A stretch of 64,000 nucleotides of DNA from Trichechus inunguis (Eukaryota): the NCBI GenBank assembly GCA_046562895.1, contig CM102164.1, forward strand, positions 32,651,842 through 32,715,841. The letters run 5' to 3'. Both the position numbers and the translations under genes were made by a program. Below the pieces are notes generated by a model. That model was not told where the DNA came from, made no database searches, and saw nothing but the letters and a program-made list of their open reading frames with translations. Of the stretch, positions 59,561-64,000 are shown piece by piece. Each line of letters begins with the position of its first letter. Position 1 is the stretch's first letter.

Positions 59561-60025
59561 GTTAGTATATTTGTAATCATGTTACTTACATCCATCACCA
59601 AGGAATGATGATTGAATACTTGCTATGTGTTTTTCTCACTGTTTTTGGAAGAGTTTCTCACCTAAGAAAGATCACTGAAAGCAAACTGTTTTCTCAGTAT
59701 ATTGCAGAAGCGCGTCTTCTGTAGTGAACATCTGGAAAAATTATGTTTGAAATCACCTTTGTGATTTTACTAGTCTGAGATCTTTTACAAATATTTATTA
59801 ACTTAATCTTTACAATAGCCCTCTGAGGTAGGTTCTATTATTATCTCCTATCACAGATGAAGAAATTCAGGGACACAGAGGGTTTCTTGCCTAAGGCCAC
59901 AGAGCTAAAGTATGACACCAATGGAACTCAGCCTTTCCAGCCAGTCTTTCTCCAGAGCCAGCAATCTTCACTGCTACACTGTATGACTTCTCTGCTAAAC
60001 AGTTTATCTGTTCTGAATTAACTAC

Positions 60026-60542
60026 TGTCTTAGATATTTAGTGCTGCTATAACAGAAATACCACAAGTGGATGGCTTTTAACAAAGAAAAATTTATTCTC
60101 TAACACTCTAGTAGGCCACAAGTCCAAATTCAAGGCACCAGCTCCAGGGGAAGGCTTTCTCTCTCTGTCGTCTCTGGAGGAAGGTCCTTGTGATGCATCA
60201 GTTTTCCCTTGGTCTGGGAGCTTCTCTGCGCAGGAACCTCAGGTCCAAAAGACACACTCTGCTCCTGGTACTGCTTTCTTGGTGGTGTGAGGTTCCCATG
60301 TCTCTCTGCTCATTTCTCTCTTTTATATCTGAAAAGAGATTGGCTTAAGACACTATCTAATCTTATAGACCTCATCAATATAACTGCAACTAATCCATCT
60401 TATTACATCATAGTGACAAAGTTTACAACACTTAGGGAAATTACATCAGATGATGAAATGGTAGACAATCATGCAATGCTGGGAATCATGATCTAGCCAA
60501 GTTGACAGATATTTTTGGGGCACACAATTCAATCCATGACAA
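60026..60542 (+). mobile_element. ~510 bp SINE-like interspersed repeat (same family as 48484-49000)
   Basis: 'tgtcttagatatttagtgctgctataacagaaataccacaagtggatggcttttaacaaagaaaaatttattctc…tttttggggcacacaattcaatccatgac'. Confidence 0.65.
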
Positions 60543-61127
60543 CTACATATGTCTGGAATAATATTTCCTCTTTAGTATCCCTGTTAATATTTAAATTTGT
60601 TTTCATAATTGTCACAGTGTACTTTGCACTGGGCTGAGTGCTGAATGTGCACACTACCTATAAACCACTCCATTACCATGGCGACATCCTTTTATGAACA
60701 GGAAATAGACTCAGGAGGGTTAAGTAACTTGCATAAGGCCACAAAACTAGTTAAATGATAGAGCCTGCGTTCAGGTCCAGGACAAAGGGTAGTTATCCAA
60801 AATATATAGAGAACTCCTACAAATCAATAAGAAAAAGACAACCCAATAAGCAAAAGGGCAAAAGACATGTATGAGAATCTAACAGAGGAAGAAACATGTA
60901 TGGGTAATAACATTTGAAGAGATTAGTAAGTAAAAATACAAACTAAACCATACCGAGATACCAGTTTGTATCTATCAGATTGATAGAAGACAAGTTTGGT
61001 AACTCTAGGTGTTGATGAGGCTGTAGAACAATCTGAACTCATATACTGCTGGGCGAATAAAAATTGATACACCCACTTGAACAGGTTTTGGCATTATCTG
61101 ATATAGTTGGAGATGCTTATAACCTAT

Positions 61128-61309
61128 AAAACAACAACAACAAAAACCCTCAAATCAAATCCATTGCTGTCTAGTGATTTCGACTCATAGCGACCCCATA
61201 GGACAGAGCAGAACTGCCCCATAGGGTTTCCAAGGAGTGGCTGGTAGATTCGAATTGCAGACCTTTTGGTTAGGAGCCGAGCTTTTAACCACTGCACTAC
61301 CAGGGCTCC
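61128..61309 (-). mobile_element. AfroSINE (minus orientation) with ~10 bp target-site duplication
   Basis: Reverse complement of 'ggagccctggtagtgcagtggttaaaagctcggctcctaaccaaaaggtctgcaattcgaatctacc…gggtcgctatgagtcgaaatcactagacagcaatgg'. TSD 'ataacctata' on both sides. Confidence 0.85.
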
Positions 61310-61364
61310 TATAACCTATATAACCTGGAAATTCTATTCCTGGGTAAATACCTAAAGCAATGGT

Positions 61365-61393
61365 TCTCTCTCTCTCTCTCTCTTTCTCTCTCT
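61365..61393. repeat. (CT)n microsatellite
   Basis: 'ctctctctctctctctctttctctctc'. Confidence 0.85.
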
Positions 61394-61539
61394 ATAAGTA
61401 TAATTTAGACTGCACATTAGAATCACCTGGTGGAGCTTTTATAAGTTATTGGTGCCTGAATTTCACCCCAGATCAGTAAAAGCAGAATCTCTTGGGGTGG
61501 GGCTTGGTTGGCAATCATTTTTAAGTTCCCTCAACCAGC

Positions 61540-61693
61540 CAAACCTGTTGCCTTCCAGTCAATTCCGACTCATAGTGACCCTATAGGACAGAGTAGAACT
61601 GCCCCATAGGGTTTCCAAGGAGCCCCTGGTAGATTCAAACTGCCAACCTTTTGGTAGCAGCCATAGCTCTTAACCACTATCCCACCAGGGCAC
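61540..61693 (-). mobile_element. AfroSINE (minus orientation), target-site duplication 'ttaagttcc'
   Basis: Reverse complement of 'gtgccctggtgggatagtggttaagagctatggctgctaccaaaaggttggcagtttgaatctacc…gggtcactatgagtcggaattgactggaaggcaacagg'. Confidence 0.8.
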
Positions 61694-61974
61694 ATTTAAG
61701 TTCCGTAGGTGTTTCTGATGTGCAACCAGGGTTGAGAATCACTACCCTAGAAATACTCTAGTACACATATACCATATACAAGAATGTTTAAGAACACTGT
61801 AATAACAAAAACTTGGAAAGAATTCAAATATCCTTTGATGGTGGAATGTATTCATTTTAGTATAGTCCTACATGGAATACTGTACTGCACTTTAAACAAG
61901 TGGGGAGCAGCCACACATGTCAGAATCAGTGAACTTTAGGAACATAATGGAGAGCAGAAAAAGCAAGTCATGAA

Positions 61975-62110
61975 TTACTACATGAGTGTGTGTATATATA
62001 TATAGCGCATATATGTATGTACGAATATATATACTGTATATGTATATATGTACGTGTAAGTATATATACATATATATATGAAGTTCATATGAACTTCATA
62101 TATATATGAA
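61975..62110. repeat. TA/TG-rich compound microsatellite containing a 40 bp perfect palindrome (62069-62108)
   Basis: 'catatatatatgaagttcatatgaacttcatatatatatg' is identical to its own reverse complement. Confidence 0.85.
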
Positions 62111-62305
62111 GGAGCCCTGGTGGCACAGTGGTTTAAGTGCTCGGCTGCTAACCGAAAGTCTGGCAGTTTGCAAAAGATGTGGCAGTCTGCTTCTGTAAAG
62201 ATTTACAGCCTTGGAAACTCTATGGGGGCAGTTTTGCTCTGTCCTATAGGGTAACTATGAGTTGGAATTGACTCGATGGCAGTGGGTTGGGTTTTTGGTT
62301 TTGGT
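62111..62305 (+). mobile_element. AfroSINE
   Basis: 'ggagccctggtggcacagtggtttaagtgctcggctgctaaccgaaagtctggcagtttgcaaa…gggtaactatgagttggaattgactcgatggcagtggg'. Confidence 0.85.
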
Positions 62306-63026
62306 ACATATATGTAAAGTTGAAAAGTAAACAAAACTAAGCAATATGTTGTTGAGGAATGCATACCTATGTGTCAAAACTATAAAAGAAAGAAAATAAT
62401 ATACACAAAAATCTAGACAGTGTTTTGATTACCTCTGGGTGTCCATGAGGCAGCAGCAAAAACATGGATGATGTTCTGTTTCTTAAGCTAGGCAGTAGCT
62501 ATATGGATGTTTTATTATTCTTTAAACATTTATATGCTAAATTTATTTTCCTATGTATGAAATATTTCAAAATAAAAAATTTTAAACATGGAAATATTCT
62601 TTTAAAAATTCATTCATACTAAAGACCACATTGAAGTCTTCAGTAATTTTTGGCAGAATGGTTTCAGTGGAAAAGTATGAATAGGAGCCAAATTGCAGTG
62701 GGTTGAAGAGTGACCGGCAAATGAGGAAGAAGAGATGGTGGTTGGGTACCTCTGTCAAGAGTATGGGTGAGAAAGGAAGGAGAAGGATAGGTAGAAGGGT
62801 AGAGGGGACAGGGTCAACGGGATTGGGAGTTGGATAGGAAGGATTTAAGCATGTTTATACATTATAGGTAAAGAGCCTACAGAAGAGGAGGGGCTCATAG
62901 GAGGAACAGGGAAAATAATTACAAAAGATTAAAAGTGCAAGTCTTATGGGAAATGGAACTAAGAAGGGCAGTCAGGCAGCACACTTTGGTTTTGATCTTT
63001 AAAAAAACAAACAAACAAAAAATATG

Positions 63027-63645
63027 GAGTGAGTGGCCATCTAAGATACTCCACTGGTCTCACCCAGTCTGGAGCAAGGGAGAGTAAAGAAAACCAAAGA
63101 CGCAAGGGAATGATTATTTCAAAGGACTAATGGACCACAACTACCATAGCCTCCACCAGACTGAGTCCAGCACAACTAGATTGTGCCTGGCTACTACCAC
63201 CAACTGCCCTGACAGGGATCACATTTGAGGATCCCTGACAGAGCTGGAGAAAAATGTAGAATAAAATTCTAACTCACAAAAATAAATAAATAAAAGACCA
63301 GACTTACAGGTCTGAGAGAGACTGGAGTAACCCCAAGAGTATGGCCCCCGGACACCCTTATAGCTCAGTAATGAAGTCACTCCTGAGGTTCACCAAAGAT
63401 TAGATAGGCCCATAAAACAAAACGAGACTAAGTGGACACACCAGCCCAGGGGCAAGGATGAGAAGGCAGGAGGGGACAGGAAAGCTGGTAATGGGGAACC
63501 CAAGGTCAAGAAGGGGAGAGTGTTGACATGTTGTGGGGTTGGCAACCAATGTCACAAGACAATGTATGTATTAACTGTTTAATGAGAAACTTTTTTGCTT
63601 TGTAAACCCTCATCTGAAGTACAATTAAAAAAAAAAAAAAGGAGA
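63027..63645 (+). mobile_element. L1 3'UTR fragment (sense) ending in poly-A (63625-63645)
   Basis: 'ccatctaagatactccactggtctcacc…gttggcaaccaatgtcacaagacaatgtatgtattaactgtttaatgagaaac…gaagtacaattaaaaaaaaaaaaaa'. Confidence 0.75.
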
Positions 63646-64000
63646 TATGTCCCTGAATTGTTGATCCCAAAGTTGTATCCTAGCCTGTTGCTCCTAATAG
63701 TAAGAGTTGCTTTATACTACTGATTCCCAAAAGGAGTTAAAACAGAATCGTTCAAGTGAATGCCATTTGAAATAATTTTTATTTTTCTATTTTGATTCAG
63801 AAGACTGCATTAGAGTTCAGACTGCCTTTCCCTTTGATCCGTTCTTACTTACTTAATATTCAATGTTCTTTCTGAACTTTGATGCAGAGAATTAAATCCA
63901 GTTTTTCCTAATTAATAAGGTGTTCTTTTTCTTCTCTTTCACCACTCTGGTTTTTATTATAGCAAAATGTATATATTTTAATAGCTAATAAAGATTTGGG

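Larger units (their letters stand above)
18949..64000 (+). other. PARP4: PARP4 gene body (partial): first coding exon through the start of the catalytic domain; 3' part of the gene lies beyond the window
   Basis: Twelve collinear exons with canonical AG/GT boundaries and consistent phase (listed separately). The concatenated translation matches the human PARP4 N-terminal ~470 aa as I recall it. Confidence 0.85.

Overview
This window is mammalian nuclear DNA, not prokaryotic. The repeat landscape is Afrotherian: tRNA-derived AfroSINEs with RTE-type tails, RTE/BovB-like LINEs, and L1s whose 5'UTRs are monomer arrays. It looks elephant-like, but I cannot name the species from sequence alone. The + strand carries the 5' part of PARP4 (vault poly(ADP-ribose) polymerase). 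I mapped 12 consecutive coding exons from the ATG exon at 18950 to an exon ending at 59560. Each has a canonical AG/GT boundary and an unbroken reading phase, and the gene continues past the window end. The translated sequence matches, from memory, the human PARP4 N-terminus: the BRCT region, the linker, the PARP regulatory domain and the start of the catalytic domain including the H-G-S motif. The first 18.9 kb upstream is a stack of LINE-1 elements antisense to the gene. Two are near-full-length, each with a different tandem-monomer 5'UTR. One L1 is split by a 3.7 kb RTE-type LINE, which is itself split by a ~560 bp SINE-like repeat, giving a three-level nest. The introns are dominated by L1, three RTE copies, about 8 AfroSINEs, a Tigger-like DNA transposon with TA target-site duplications, a ~510 bp SINE-like family and microsatellites. 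I found no CpG island, no rRNA or free-standing tRNA gene (only the tRNA-derived SINE heads), no CRISPR array and no prokaryote-style system. The observations worth following up are structural and evolutionary: transposon nesting, the L1 5'UTR monomer arrays, an RTE head-tail deletion derivative, an inverted duplication, a perfect palindrome, and the missing PARP4 promoter and exon 1.
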